This document shows positions 10,759 through 23,614 of a stretch of DNA of 64,000 nucleotides, piece after piece. The number at the start of each line of letters is the position of its first letter. The first letter of the stretch is position 1. This DNA comes from Gekko japonicus (lineage: Eukaryota). The position numbers were made by a program, and so were the translations under genes. The stretch covers positions 203,513 to 267,512 of the forward strand of contig NW_015168670.1 of the NCBI RefSeq assembly GCF_001447785.1. Direction: 5' to 3'. The notes beneath the pieces were generated by a model, which saw nothing but the letters and a program-made list of their open reading frames with translations, did no database searches and had not been told where the DNA came from.

Positions 10759-12276
10759 GTCAACACTGTCTACTCTGTTTGGAAGCAGCTACCCAGAATT
10801 GCAGTCTGGGACTTTCATATGATCTGCTATCTGATCTTTTGAACTGGGGATGCTGGAGATCGAACCAGGGACCTCTGCCTGAACAGATGCTCTGCCACTG
10901 AGCCACAGCCCATCATCCCCTATGCACTGAGATATACGGCTCTGGAAGCTAGAAGGAAAAACTGAAGGCCCAGATAGGACAGTGAGCCCAGGTTGTTCTT
11001 TATTAAAAAGCAGCCATCTTTATTAAAATGTTTTCATAAATATTTAGATTGTTTGGATTACATATTTAAATAGTGGCTTGTGCTTTTAATATAAATATTA
11101 CCAAACATGGAAGCATTCACATACATAAATTCAGAATTTTAGTTGTAGCTTGCAAAACTGTTGGTGTTTTATCTGCCATTCTCACAAACCATTGTTTCCC
11201 AAACAAACATCTAGAGTTTTGGACTTCATCAGGTCCTACCAACTGTCTCCTTTGAGAATCCGTAGCAAGTAGGAAAAAACAGGCTCCAACATATATAGTT
11301 GTTCAAAAAGAATTATTTTTAGGATAGGAACATAGCTTTTACTTGTTGCATTTTCTGATCTTGTATGACAGCCCCTTCATTATTCTGGCTCCATTGCTGA
11401 ATGTTCTTCCTCCTTGTTCCTTTCCACATAAGGGCAACTGCATTCCCAGGAGACCCAGCCATAACAAACTGAGGCAACTTTGTTGCAGTTCAGTTGAATT
11501 CCTTCATCTGGATCTGGTCTTGATTAGTTCTTTCCAGAAGAGTGAAAGTGCAGAACAATATTTATGCATTTGCCAAAAGCACATTGGCTTTCATTGTATT
11601 TGTAGGGTGACCCACACTACTGCCACCATATTAGTACAGGACAAGCCTGTAGCAATGGAAAAGGTCACCATCTGAGCACTGAATTCACATCACACTCAGA
11701 CATCTGACAAGCTGTTTCCCCAAGTTGTTTGGGGGCGGCATCCTTTACTGGTAAAACCACCAGACTCTTAATACAGTCAGAGTTATGTCTTAACCCAAAC
11801 TCACAGAAGTAAATTGATCTTGAATAATGATGATTTTCATGAAGAATTCTTTATATTTTCAACAGGTGAACAGGTAGACAAGACGAACTTCTCGAGTGAA
11901 AGCTCGTTTCGAGTAGTCTTTCTCAAATGAGTACCAATATTACATCCATGTGTATCAAATCCGACAATAAAAGTCTTTGAATCAAACCATCTTCTTCACC
12001 ACAATAGGAACACCAGGTGACAGGAGGAAGCCTTGAATTGAACTATTTGATATCAGCCATCTTGGTGGCCTAGGGATGCCAGACCCCCCCAGTGGGGGTG
12101 GGGGTACCCTGGTTTGGGGTGCTCCTGTCTGCCACTGGCCAGCTGGTTGGTGGGGGGCAGAATTACCCCCCACAACAGACAAGAAGCCAGAAATAAATAC
12201 GATGTGCCTACGTCACCCAGAAGTGATGTCGGGGAGCGGGATGCTCTAGTTTTTGGGCAAAACTCTATGGTAGATG

Positions 12277-12552
12277 CCAGTTTGGTGTTGTGGTTAAGTG
12301 TGCGGACTCTAATCTGGGAGAACCAGGTTTGATTCCCCACTCCTCCACTTGCACCTGCTGATGTGACCTTGGGTCAGTCGCAAGCTCTGGCACAGCTGTC
12401 CTTGAAAAAGAGCAGTTTCGGTCAAGAGCTCTCTCAGCCCCACCCACCTCACAGGGTGTTTGTTGTGGGGAGGGGAAGGGAAAGGAGTTTGTAAGCCGCT
12501 CTGAGACTCCAAGTGAAGGGCGGGGTATAAATCCAATCTCTTCTTCTTCTTC
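12277..12552 (+). mobile_element. Squam3-like CORE SINE nested in a TAGGGTTGCCA-type MITE (other copies ~26238-26481 plus, ~55085-55348 minus)
   Basis: tRNA-like head, CORE (cctcacagggtg..gttgtg), L2-type stem-loop tail, (TCT)n. Confidence 0.75.
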
Positions 12553-13689
12553 TAATGTAAACACATTGTGCTTATTTCCGGCTTCTTTCCTCCCTGCTTT
12601 CGGTAAGTTCACCCCCATTCCCCACCAGCTGGTCCAACAGACTTGGCAACCTTATGGTGGCCTGATGAGGGCACAAAGGCAGGCTATAAATCCTGTAAAT
12701 AAATTTAAAAATAAATATCAGGAGCCAAATTGAATGTAAAAGCAAAACTGCTTTTGTAGAAACTGAACTCCAGTACTGTATGGCCATCCAGGGAGGGTCT
12801 GTACTCTTCCCCTCCAGCTCCCTTAGGATGCCACCCAAAAGACATTTACTAGGCGGTAAGTCCCATTGAACACAATGGGAGTTACTTCTGAGTATAGATG
12901 CTTAGGGTTGCAATGAAGATACTGGAATGGGCTGTAGCGCAAGGTGGCCACCCCAGGTCATACACGGGGACTGAAAGAGTGACATTTGATGTCTTAGTAG
13001 GCTGTGGCTCTTCTTTTTTCTAAGCCAGGATCCATGTCAGCATGTCGTTGGCTGAGTTCCTGGGCAATTTTTCAACACTCCCTGCTGCATCACTTGCAGA
13101 GGAAGATGCCGACCTAGGTACGTGCTTCCTCATCTGTTCCACATGCCTATCTGGTGTCAGTCTCGTAGGATAATGACTCTGATGCTTGAGTCGAGTTCAG
13201 GGGTCTTTGGAATCCACTGTAGCAGTGTGTCATGATCCCCTCTGACCAGTCCACTGACTCAGACTCTAAGTCTTCAGGGGAAGAGCCTGATAAACCAAGG
13301 CTGGTGGCTGAGGAGGGCCAGGAAGATCAGGGAGGGCCCAGCACCACCAAGGCACCTGCTGACAATCGTCTAGCAGCACCAGAGGCCACCCTGCCTAAGC
13401 CTGCAAGCAAGGCCTCAGACCACCAGCCCCTGAAGCAGTCATCTGGCCTCCACTGGGATTACTTCCCTGCCTATTTGGGCTGAGGCTAGGGAGAGCTGCC
13501 TTGCTGGATCAACTAGTCCACAAGGTGCAAGCCTGTGGTCCAGTTCCTGCTGATGCTTTTAAAATTCACTCCCCAAACCAGAGGGCACTGCTTCCAAGGA
13601 GACCTGGATGGCCTGCCTCCAGAGTGCAGGACATGGTGTCACAATCAGCATTCTTTGGTCAGTCCTTTCAGGCCAGGGTGCATATGGTT

Positions 13690-14350
13690 TGGTATAGTTA
13701 TCAACTACCTATTCATTAACAGCACAGCAGAACTCCTTGTATTCAAAGAAAACCCACAAGATGTTAACCATAGTCATCTCAACAGGTTGTTTTAATGTGT
13801 TCTTTATTGTTCTGGCTATTTGTTGCTGGATGAAAGGCAGCTGATATGGTATGATGGATCAGGACATTGTCGAAAAATGTCAAAAAATCTTCTGATGTGT
13901 GGGCCCCATTATCTTAGATGACTGTTTCTGGAAGTCCATATGTTTTAACGATTCTGCATAAAAGTTTCCTAATGGCTCAGGATATCATTGATAGAACAGT
14001 GATCCAGTCCTTGGAATACCACTATCAAGAAGCACTAGAATGGGCCAGCAAATTCAATATGAAGCCAAAACCAACTCTTTATTGGGTCCATCTTGGGCCA
14101 CCACAGAGCTGCAAGCAAAAGCCTCCATCCACACTATCCTGGGGAGCCTGAAATGTAGAGCTCCAACATGCAATGCCTCAGTGCTGTAGATATGACAACT
14201 CTTATGTCATAAAGGAGGAAGCCTTTGTGCACTGACTGTTCATGTTTTAACACAAAAGGTCTGAGTTCCTCTTCAAGCTTCTATAATGGCCAGCCACTTC
14301 ATAACCAGCTGAAAACATGGGCAAGAACAGGGGACCTTGGATGACATAGT
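13690..14350 (-). mobile_element. Highly degraded Gypsy integrase remnant
   Basis: Manual minus-strand translation gives PVLAHVFSW..GWP, WWPKMD, YGLPETVI*DNG, AAFHPATN, paralleling 8611-9300. Confidence 0.65.
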
Positions 14351-14658
14351 TACAGTAGCAGCTGCATGAAGGAGTGCTTCAGGTAACGATCCAACAGCAG
14401 CAATCCACTTCAGTCCACTCCCACAAATAGTCTACTGTGAAAAATAGGTAGGCTTCTTTGTCACACACAGGTTCAAATTATTAAAAACTATAGTTAATGA
14501 CTTAATTAAGAATATCTCTATATTGCCTCTTCAGAGTCCTGCTCGAGGTGGCTTATAATGAAAAAACATAGTATTAAAAATTAGGCATAAGTAGCATAAA
14601 AACTGCCCATAAAACAGAAGTAGTCTATCTAAAAGTTGATAAGATACACCCCCTAATT

Positions 14659-15163
14659 TATTTAAATAATTTTTATTTTAATATAAAAAACTGCAATACA
14701 AAATGGCGACTCTCTGTCCACAGTTATACAATGAATAATATCATAAAAAGTCTATATTAAAAAAATCTCACTTAATAACTCTAGGCTAACCAAATACCAA
14801 TAATTTGTATTTGGCTTTAGAATGGTTTCCCAATCAAAGGTGTCAATGTCTATTTTATCTAAAATGGGGTACCAGATATTTAGAGGATTAGAAAAGTCAC
14901 TCTCATTTTGATTATTGGAATGATAAATTGAAAAAATGTCCAACATAAATAAATCCCATACTTTATACCACCACTGAGTTATATTTGGCACCTTAGTATC
15001 TTTCCAAAACCTTGGAATTAGAATTTTAGCCACTGTGGAAAGAATACTGATTAATTTTTTGACTTTTTCAGGAGGACCGTCAGAGGGCCACAAACCAAGG
15101 AGAAGAACAGCTGGCGAAAAAGGTAAGTTGTGGTTCGTTAATTTGTGGATGCAGTCTATTACT
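14659..15163 (-). mobile_element. L1/Tx1-clade LINE 3' end inserted in an older L2 fragment (~14510-15610)
   Basis: AKILIPRFWK...P....W ORF2 C-terminus; 16-bp TSD GATACACCCCCTAATT (14643-14658, 15164-15179). Confidence 0.85.
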
Positions 15164-15618
15164 GATACACCCCCTAATTAAAAGCCCAGGTTAGCCTGAC
15201 ATCTAAAAGAAAGTAAAGGAGATGCCAGAGGAGCATCAAGGAGGACGGGTATTCCAAGGGCAACCGCAGAAAACATCCTGCCTCTGGTTTCTGCCTGTCT
15301 CATCTCCGGAGGTGGGGGGCAGAAATCTTAAGTGGTGGGCTGGGTAATATGGGAAGAGATGGTCCTTTGGGTACCCTGGCCATTTAGGGCCTCAAGGATA
15401 AGAACTAGAACTTTGAATTGAATTCTGCCCAGAAATGAATGGGTAGCCAGTGCAGATCTTTCAGTACTGACAGTAGCTTGGTCACTGCATGTCGGGCCAA
15501 TCGAAGTTTCCAAACCATTTTCAAAGGCAGCCCCATTTAGAGTACATTACAGTAAGCTAACTTGGATGCAATGAGAGCATGAATCACTGTGGCCAGATCA
15601 TGCTTTTTGAGGCATAGC

Positions 15619-15931
15619 CAGGGCTCTAGTCGGGGGGGAGCTCTCAGGTACGGAGCTCCGGAAGAGAACCTCTAGGGGGCGGGGCGGTCACGTGGTGAAG
15701 CCCCGCCCCCTTCTTTACCCCGCCCTCTGCTTCGATCCTCATTCCGTTTGGGAATGAGGATGAAGCAGGAGGGTAAGTAGCCGGGCCTTCTGACACACTT
15801 CCGGTGATGTCAGGGGGTGTGGCCTTCTGTCACTTCCGGTGATGTCAGGGGGCGTGGCATATGCAAATAAGTTATGCTAATGAGTTATGCTAATGAGCTC
15901 CGGCAGCTCTTTTTCTACAACAAGACCCCTG
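15619..15931 (+). mobile_element. Young hAT MITE, 313 bp, copy A
   Basis: TIRs CAGGGCTCTAGT / ACAAGACCCCTG; almost identical to 29609-29921; TSD not preserved. Confidence 0.85.
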
Positions 15932-17304
15932 AATACCTGTCCTCCCCAGGCTCCATCCCCAAATCTCCAGGAGTTTCCCAACCTGGATCTGGCAGACCTA
16001 CTTCCCATTCCCTGCCGGTAGCCAGGGAACAAATTTGAACAATTCACTTAACAGTTAATCAAAATAATTTATTTTAAAGTTATTTCAGCACGTTCATAGC
16101 CAAACTGTTAACCCTCACAAAATCCATTCCTACTGGCTAAATGCATCAGCCATCCATGCATGTAAATGCTGTTTCTCACCATTCTGTCAGTCTCAGAGGT
16201 TTGGCTGCCAACTTGTCCTTTCCTCACTCCAGAAGCAGCAGGCATTAATACGTCTGTTGGCAGACTTCTAAGTACCATTCTTGTTTTCCTGCAGACAGGC
16301 CGCCCTCTCTTTTACCTAAAGTCAACCTGAACCCTCCAGATCGTAATCTGGTGTTTTTTAATCAAACAAATTTGCCACTGAAACCAAGGCCAGCTGGAAA
16401 AGGACTGGCAATTACCAAATGCCCCAGTGAGTGAATAAACAGTAAGATGTACAGCTGTAACCCACTTACACATCTTTCCAACTCCACAAAAGACACAGTT
16501 GGACACACCTGAAAATAACAAACACTCTTACAGAGACAATGCCACTAAATACATAGTGTTGTGCATGCTCAGTCAATTGCAACAGTCATTTTGTTTGCAC
16601 TAGATTCTATCTGTTGTTGGCCTTTACACATTATACAATTATGTTATTCATGTGATAATTAGATAGTGTGAACATATGAAGCTGCTGCTGTCAATTAGCA
16701 AGAGTCTTTATCTCTTATCATGGCCAAACCATCAGAGACAAACTGAGAGGTGATGAACTTATCACATTTTGGCTACAATTTAAACAGAAGGAAGTTTAAG
16801 GAAAACATGCCCCACCCTCACTCTAAAGGATACAGCTGTATTCCTGTGCTTTGACTAGGAGTATTCGGGATCTTAAAATCCGTACAAGGAAAATTTATTT
16901 CTGTTTTTCTCATTAAAGACATGACTGCCTTTTTCAGATTACAAAGTGAGACTGGAGGGATTCCTGTGATGGCAAACATATGCAAATAGGTTATGTGAAG
17001 GGCACAGAATGAAATTCTACAAGTCCTCACAGCTTCTCACCTTTTCCTGCTTCCTTCTCTTCCTCCCACCCAACAGCCAACCTACATTTATCTGCTCCTC
17101 TGCCTTCAGCTTTCCCTTTCCCCCCTCCCCCACCAGCAGACTCTGCCTAGGAAAACTAAGGCCGGGTTGTGTGGTGCCAGCTGATCTGGAAACATTTGCA
17201 CACGGGGAACCTGCAAGGACTTGGTGGGGCACATCACTTTCCTCTGCATTCCCCTTCCTAAATTGCTTCCCCTTTCCCTTCTCCTGGAAACTGCCATATG
17301 ATTA

Positions 17305-17853
17305 GCACGTGGAATTCACTGCCACAGGAGGTGGTGGCGGCTACAAGCACGGATGGCTTCAAGAGGGAATTAGATAAACATGTGGAGCAGAGGTCCATCA
17401 GTGGCTATTAGCTACAAAGTACAGACAGGAATCCTGCCAACCTAGCAGTTCAAAAACAAGAAATTGCAACTAGATAAATAGGTACTGCTTTGGTGGGAAG
17501 GTAACAGCATTCCATGCGCCTCGGCATCTAGTCATGCCGGCCACGTGACCATGGAAATGTCTTCGTACAGCGCTGGCTCTTCAGCTTGGAAATGGAGATG
17601 AGCACTGCAACCCTAGTCGTATTCGACTGGCTTTCGAGCAAGGGTACCTTTACCTTTACAGATAGGAACTCTGGGGCAAGTGATGCTCTGTCTTCTTGGT
17701 GCTTGGGGGGGTCAACAGTGGGAGGGCTTCTAATGTCCTAGTCCCACTGGTGGACCTCCTGATGGCACCTGGTATTTTTGGCCACTGTGTGACAGAGTGT
17801 TGGACTGGATGGGCCATTGGCCTGATCCAACATTGGCTTCTCTTATGTTCTTA
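17305..17853 (+). mobile_element. CR1 3' end containing a nested truncated Sauria/Squam1 SINE (~17430-17659)
   Basis: CR1 WNSLP...FKRELDK end and ttcttatg tail; nested segment has Sauria core and (ACCTTT)n tail. Confidence 0.75.
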
Positions 17854-18358
17854 TATTCTCCCCTTTCCTTGCTTCATTTTATCCTCAGCTATTCATCAAC
17901 ACACCTTTTATCTGCCTCCCATCTTCAACTATATTTATTATTCATTTACTTCATTTAAACCTCATCTTTCTCCAAAGTGGGGACCAAAGCAGCTTACATC
18001 ACTCTCCTTTTTATCCCCTAAGCAACACTGTGGGGTAGGTTAGGCTGAAAGTATGTGACTGGCCCAACATCATCTAGTGAGCTTCCATGGCAGATGGATA
18101 ATTAGAACCTGGGTCTCCCTAATCCTACTCTAAAGCTCTAACTGCTGCACCACACTGGCTTTCACAGGCTGGCTGCTGTTGATCAGTAGCAAGCAGCCAG
18201 GCCGAGGTGAGTCATGTAATTAGGTGGCATCAAGTCAGTGATTGTTGCTAGGCAACTGCAAAAGTAGGCAGGAGGCATAAAATCCTGCTCTCTGTGCAGC
18301 AGATCCTCTGAAAAGCTAGCAAAAAAGGAAGTTCTATAGGGGGTCATGACACAGTAGG

Positions 18359-18697
18359 AGGGGTTGCCAGATCCTCTTGCTGTCCTGGCGGGGGGATTTG
18401 GAGGGTGTTCCAGGGATGGGCAGAACATTGCACACAACGTCCCCGATGCGACGCCGTCACCCAGAAGTGACATCATTGCATCGGTGACATCACATGCAAC
18501 GCTCTGGTTTTTGGGCAAAACTCTATGGTTTGCCCCCAAAACCAGAGTGTCACTGCATGATGACATCACCCGGAAGTGATGTCATCACATCAGTTGTTTG
18601 GGGGTGAGGTTTCCCCCACCAGCCAGCTGGCCAGTGGTGGATCGAAGCCCCCAAAAGTGGGGGAACCCCTGCTGGGACCTGGGGGCTGGCAACTGTA
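18359..18697. mobile_element. hAT/Tip100-like MITE
   Basis: AGGGTTGCCA...TGGCAACTGTA ends; internal palindrome shared with 28210-28543. Confidence 0.65.
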
Positions 18698-19434
18698 GCT
18701 CTGTGGCCCCACCCAAGGTTCCCCAAACCCTAAGTTTAACACTACTGTTTTAAGAGATCATTGGAAGGACTGCTGAGACATATGTGAAGCACTTTAAACA
18801 CAGAAAGTGTTTTATAAATGCTATGGCATGATAAAGGGTTAGAATGGGCACTTAATTAGATTTTCTCCTGCTTGCTGGTAGGCAAATCTTGCTGATTGTC
18901 AGGCAGAATTAGGAATTAGGAGAGTTATCCAAGTAAAACAATGGAACAGGCACTACAGCTGCTTAGGCTGTCAGCTGACAAATCAAACTGTACACACTGA
19001 GGTAATTTATGCAATCTCCTTATGACACTAGAACTTGATAACAGATTTAGTACAGGCAAAATACAGTATACAGTATAGGTTCAGCACAGACAAAATACAG
19101 TATACAGAAATGAATTCATTACTTTGAGATACGGTGGTGTCTACTAGTTTAGATGGCTTTTACAAAGGGTTAGACTAGTGATCCCCAACATGGTGCATGC
19201 TGAGGCATTTCTTCATGCCTTCTTCATTCTTACTCAAAGCAGACAGCTAGGCCTGGCTTTCTTCTAACTGATTGGCACAGGATATACTTCACAAAATACC
19301 AGGAGGAATCACCTTTATGCAGACCTCGGTTCATGCAGAAGTGCACCAGAGCACCACTCCGCCACTCAGGAGCCCAGGGGGCGGGCACATAAGCCTCGCC
19401 CCCTGCTCCCACGAGCCATCAGTTGGGCAACCGT

Positions 19435-20040
19435 GGGGGGGGGCGAAACGTTCCCCCGCATCCCTGAGTCCCAGGGTGGTGGCCTTGGACTTGTAGGGGC
19501 AAATTCCACCTCTCGTGCGAGAGGTCATTCTGGCTCCCCCAGCTCTCCTTCGGGGCTCTTTAAAAAGTTATGGCTGCCACCGCTGTTCTCACCAACAGCT
19601 GCAACACTCGCGGGGGGACGAAACATTCTCCCGCCTCCCTGAGCCTTGGGGTGGTGGCCTTGGACTCGTAGGGGCAAATTCCACCTCTCGCATGTGATGT
19701 CCTAGCGGCGTTGCCGCTGGGACATCACACGTGAGAGGTCATCTGGCTCCCCCAGCTCTCGGGAGGGGCTCTTTAAAAAGTTATGGCTGCCATCACTGTT
19801 CTTGGCGGCAGCTGCGACGCCTGTGCGCGGGGGGAGGGGAGGGGCGAGGCAAAACGTTCCCTTGCCTCCCTGAGCCCCGGGGTGGTGGCCTTGGATTCGT
19901 AGGAGCAAATTCCACCTCTCACGTGTGATGTCCGAGCGGCGTTGCTGCTCAGACATCACACGCAATAGGTCATTCTGGCTCCCCCAGCTCTCCTTCGGGT
20001 CTCTTAAAAAAGTTATGACTGCCACCACTGTTCTTTTTGA
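19435..20040. repeat. GC-rich tandem repeat, ~3 units of 175-230 bp, next to a gap
   Basis: aaacgttccc...ggtggtggccttgga...gcaaattccacctctc recurs at ~19447, 19621 and 19852. Confidence 0.8.
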
Positions 20041-20280
20041 CTTTTTTCCCACCATAGAGAACAATGGAGGGGATGGGGTAACCTGTTTGGGGGGCCGTAG
20101 AACAGGACTCCCTGGTTCAATGTTCCTGAAACATGGAGGGTATCTTGGGGAGAGGCTCCAGCATTTTGGAGCCTCTCCCTCAAACCCCCTCCCCTCCAGC
20201 CCCCAGAATATACCCTATGTTTTCACCATTGACTTCAATGGCCCTTAGGATATAATGGGGCCGAACTGCGGGAAGCCAAT

Positions 20281-21192
20281 NNNNNNNNNNNNNNNNNNNN
20301 NNNNNNNNNNNNNNNNNNNNNNNNNNNNNNNNNNNNNNNNNNNNNNNNNNNNNNNNNNNNNNNNNNNNNNNNNNNNNNNNNNNNNNNNNNNNNNNNNNNN
20401 NNNNNNNNNNNNNNNNNNNNNNNNNNNNNNNNNNNNNNNNNNNNNNNNNNNNNNNNNNNNNNNNNNNNNNNNNNNNNNNNNNNNNNNNNNNNNNNNNNNN
20501 NNNNNNNNNNNNNNNNNNNNNNNNNNNNNNNNNNNNNNNNNNNNNNNNNNNNNNNNNNNNNNNNNNNNNNNNNNNNNNNNNNNNNNNNNNNNNNNNNNNN
20601 NNNNNNNNNNNNNNNNNNNNNNNNNNNNNNNNNNNNNNNNNNNNNNNNNNNNNNNNNNNNNNNNNNNNNNNNNNNNNNNNNNNNNNNNNNNNNNNNNNNN
20701 NNNNNNNNNNNNNNNNNNNNNNNNNNNNNNNNNNNNNNNNNNNNNNNNNNNNNNNNNNNNNNNNNNNNNNNNNNNNNNNNNNNNNNNNNNNNNNNNNNNN
20801 NNNNNNNNNNNNNNNNNNNNNNNNNNNNNNNNNNNNNNNNNNNNNNNNNNNNNNNNNNNNNNNNNNNNNNNNNNNNNNNNNNNNNNNNNNNNNNNNNNNN
20901 NNNNNNNNNNNNNNNNNNNNNNNNNNNNNNNNNNNNNNNNNNNNNNNNNNNNNNNNNNNNNNNNNNNNNNNNNNNNNNNNNNNNNNNNNNNNNNNNNNNN
21001 NNNNNNNNNNNNNNNNNNNNNNNNNNNNNNNNNNNNNNNNNNNNNNNNNNNNNNNNNNNNNNNNNNNNNNNNNNNNNNNNNNNNNNNNNNNNNNNNNNNN
21101 NNNNNNNNNNNNNNNNNNNNNNNNNNNNNNNNNNNNNNNNNNNNNNNNNNNNNNNNNNNNNNNNNNNNNNNNNNNNNNNNNNNNNNNNNNNN
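20281..21192. other. Assembly gap
   Basis: Run of N. Confidence 1.
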
Positions 21193-23309
21193 TAAAACCA
21201 TGCAAACACAATAAAGAACTTGTCATTTTCTTTGTACGTGGTATTGACAATCTGAGAGTTGCTTTAAGTAGAGATGCTCACTCACATCCCCCCCGCCACC
21301 CCCTTCCCCCCCTTCAGGATCCTGTACAACTGTCGAGAGGGAAGGAAGGAAGGAAGGAAGAATCTTCGCAGGCTTACTGTAGCTAGAGCTGGTTGATTTG
21401 GGGTGTTCTTATCTTCCCCCTTAGCTGAAGTTCACCGTTGAAGGGCCAGGTTGCCAGCCTCGGCATGGCAGTTGCCTGATCTCAGAACTACAATTTGGGG
21501 GGGAAGAACCTAGGCAATGCTCAGCTCAGGGTGCCCTCCCCTACTAAGCCGGAGGGGGGAGGGACCATGATTTGGGTTCTCTATGTGAGCAGCAAAGTTC
21601 TGCTGCTGTGGGTCTCCTCGGGAGGAGGGGTGTCTGACCAATGAGGGGGCTTCCCAGATAAAAATTAGCACACGATCGTGAGGCAGAGAGGAGGCAAACT
21701 TGTAGAAGCCGATAGCCGCCCCAGGCGCATCACTGCTAAAGTCAGGTTTCGAGGCCGTAAGAAAGGGTGGATCAAATCTCGTTCCCGTCCCCTCTCCGAG
21801 ATCTCCTAAAATTGCAGCTGACCTCCAGACCACAGAGAACAGTTCCTCGAGAGAAAGTGGCTGCTTTGAAGAGTGGATCCTATGGAATCCCACTGAGGTA
21901 TCCCTAAGCTCCACCCCCCAAATCTCCAGGATTTTCCCAGCCGGGAGTTCGCAACCCTACTGTGATGGCATTTTACAATTCTGTTTCAAGGGATGGGAGG
22001 AAAAAAGGACAGGGATCTCCAGACTCCACCCTCCCCAGACTGCAAAAAAAAAAAATGCCGAAGACTGGCATCCAGGAGCCCCACCGGAGAGACCCGCAAG
22101 AGTTGGGGGTGGTGGAATCTGGGACTCGGGAAGCTCTACAAGGTTCCCCCACACACTGGATTGATGCAAGCCGCGGCAGCAGCACCTTTCCCAGGCCCCC
22201 TCCGAAGCGTGGTGGGGGAGAGCGGAGGAAGGAAAGGCCACGGAGAGGACGGGGTGACTGGCTGGGCTGGGGGGAGGCAGGGAACTGTGTGCACACGAAG
22301 CGCGAGCAGCGCGCTGGGCGCCCTGTGGCTTTAAAGGGCACCTCCCAGGGCCTTCTGGGGGGAGAGAAAGAGGCGGCAGTGGCACCTCAGGAGTTCGCCT
22401 CAGGATTCTTCAGCTGGGCCATCAATGAGTCGGCTCGGCCCCCGGCCACAGAGGCAGGGCTGGGGGTGGGAGTGGCCATGGCCTGGGGAACCACCCGCCA
22501 CTGCAGTTGTCATTGCCCCCGATCCCAGCCTGCCGCTCGAGACCACCACCCACCAGGGCATTGTCGGGGGCTTCTGCTCTTCCTGCTCCTGGGAGGCAGG
22601 GGGGGCATTTGGTAGGGGGTGCCGGGTGCAGTTTGGCACCCCTAAGGGCTGGCGCGCTCCAAGCGAACACCTAGTTTGCCTAGTGAGCGAGCCGGCCCTG
22701 CTGGAGGTATTCGCCTCTTTCCTTCCTGCCTGCTATGGCTGCATAATTGTGAGAGATTTCTTAACATAGTGTTCCTGCCATGGAAGCTGTGGACCCTGCC
22801 CATGAGTCTCCATTTCATCCTCACAACAACCCTGTGGGGTAGGTTAGATAGAGAAGGGGAGATTTGGCCCGGGGTCGCTCAGCCAGCAGACCTGGGTCTC
22901 CCCACATCAATCTGCAACTCTGACCACTGTGCAGTGCTGCCTCTACTGATCTGTAATGTTCCAGAGGTGTTGTAATGTAATACTCAGTTTCTCAAACGAG
23001 TGTATGCCTGTCTGTTGGTCCACTTAGGAGTCTTGATCCTGGTTGTGTGGTGGGCTAGTTGTGGCAAATGGTAGGGAAGCTCAGTATTTCTGTATACAGT
23101 TCTGGGGCTTTATTGCAATGTGCTATGGCCTAATATTATGTTCTTATTCCAGTGTGGGGGGTGTGGGGGGTAATGGAAGCTGAGTGATAGGGTCTCTCCA
23201 AGTGATTGCCAGAAGTGAGATGTGTCCTGGTCTTGTGTCTTACAGATAATCTTACAAATAGTCCTTTGCATTTATATCATGCTTTCAACTTTAAAAGGAT
23301 CATAATGCT

Positions 23310-23614
23310 GATTGTGTGAACTTAGGCAAATCACGAGAGGTAGAGCAGGAAGGGTTGCATCAGTGCTTAGTTCTTGTGGCCCTTTCTTACACGCCCAGGG
23401 AAATGCTGATCGCTACTTTGGGGCCAGGAAGCAATTTTTCTCCAGGCCAGTTTGGCCCCCAGTGATCCTTGAGGTTTTTTTTTTAATCATATTCTGGGCG
23501 TGGAACAGGGGTCACTGGGGTGTGGGGGGGTATTGGTGAATTTCCTACATTGTGCAGGGGGTTGGACTAGATGACCCTGGAGGTCCCTTCCCACTCTATG
23601 AGTCTATGATTCTA
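23310..23614 (+). mobile_element. CR1 LINE 3' end
   Basis: ggggttggactagatgacc...ggtcccttcc and (ATTCTATG)-type tail. Confidence 0.8.

Noticed and set aside
13228-13643. Possible solo LTR (TGTCATGA start)
   Set aside because: No convincing end, poly(A) signal or TSD
19435-20040. CRISPR-like array
   Set aside because: Eukaryotic DNA; long degenerate tandem units without unique spacers
20180-21250. Long ORFs of 318-356 aa
   Set aside because: Artefacts of translating through the N gap
21962-22615. 217-aa ORF as a novel gene
   Set aside because: GC-rich low-complexity sequence with ORFs in several frames, no recognisable domain or splice pattern
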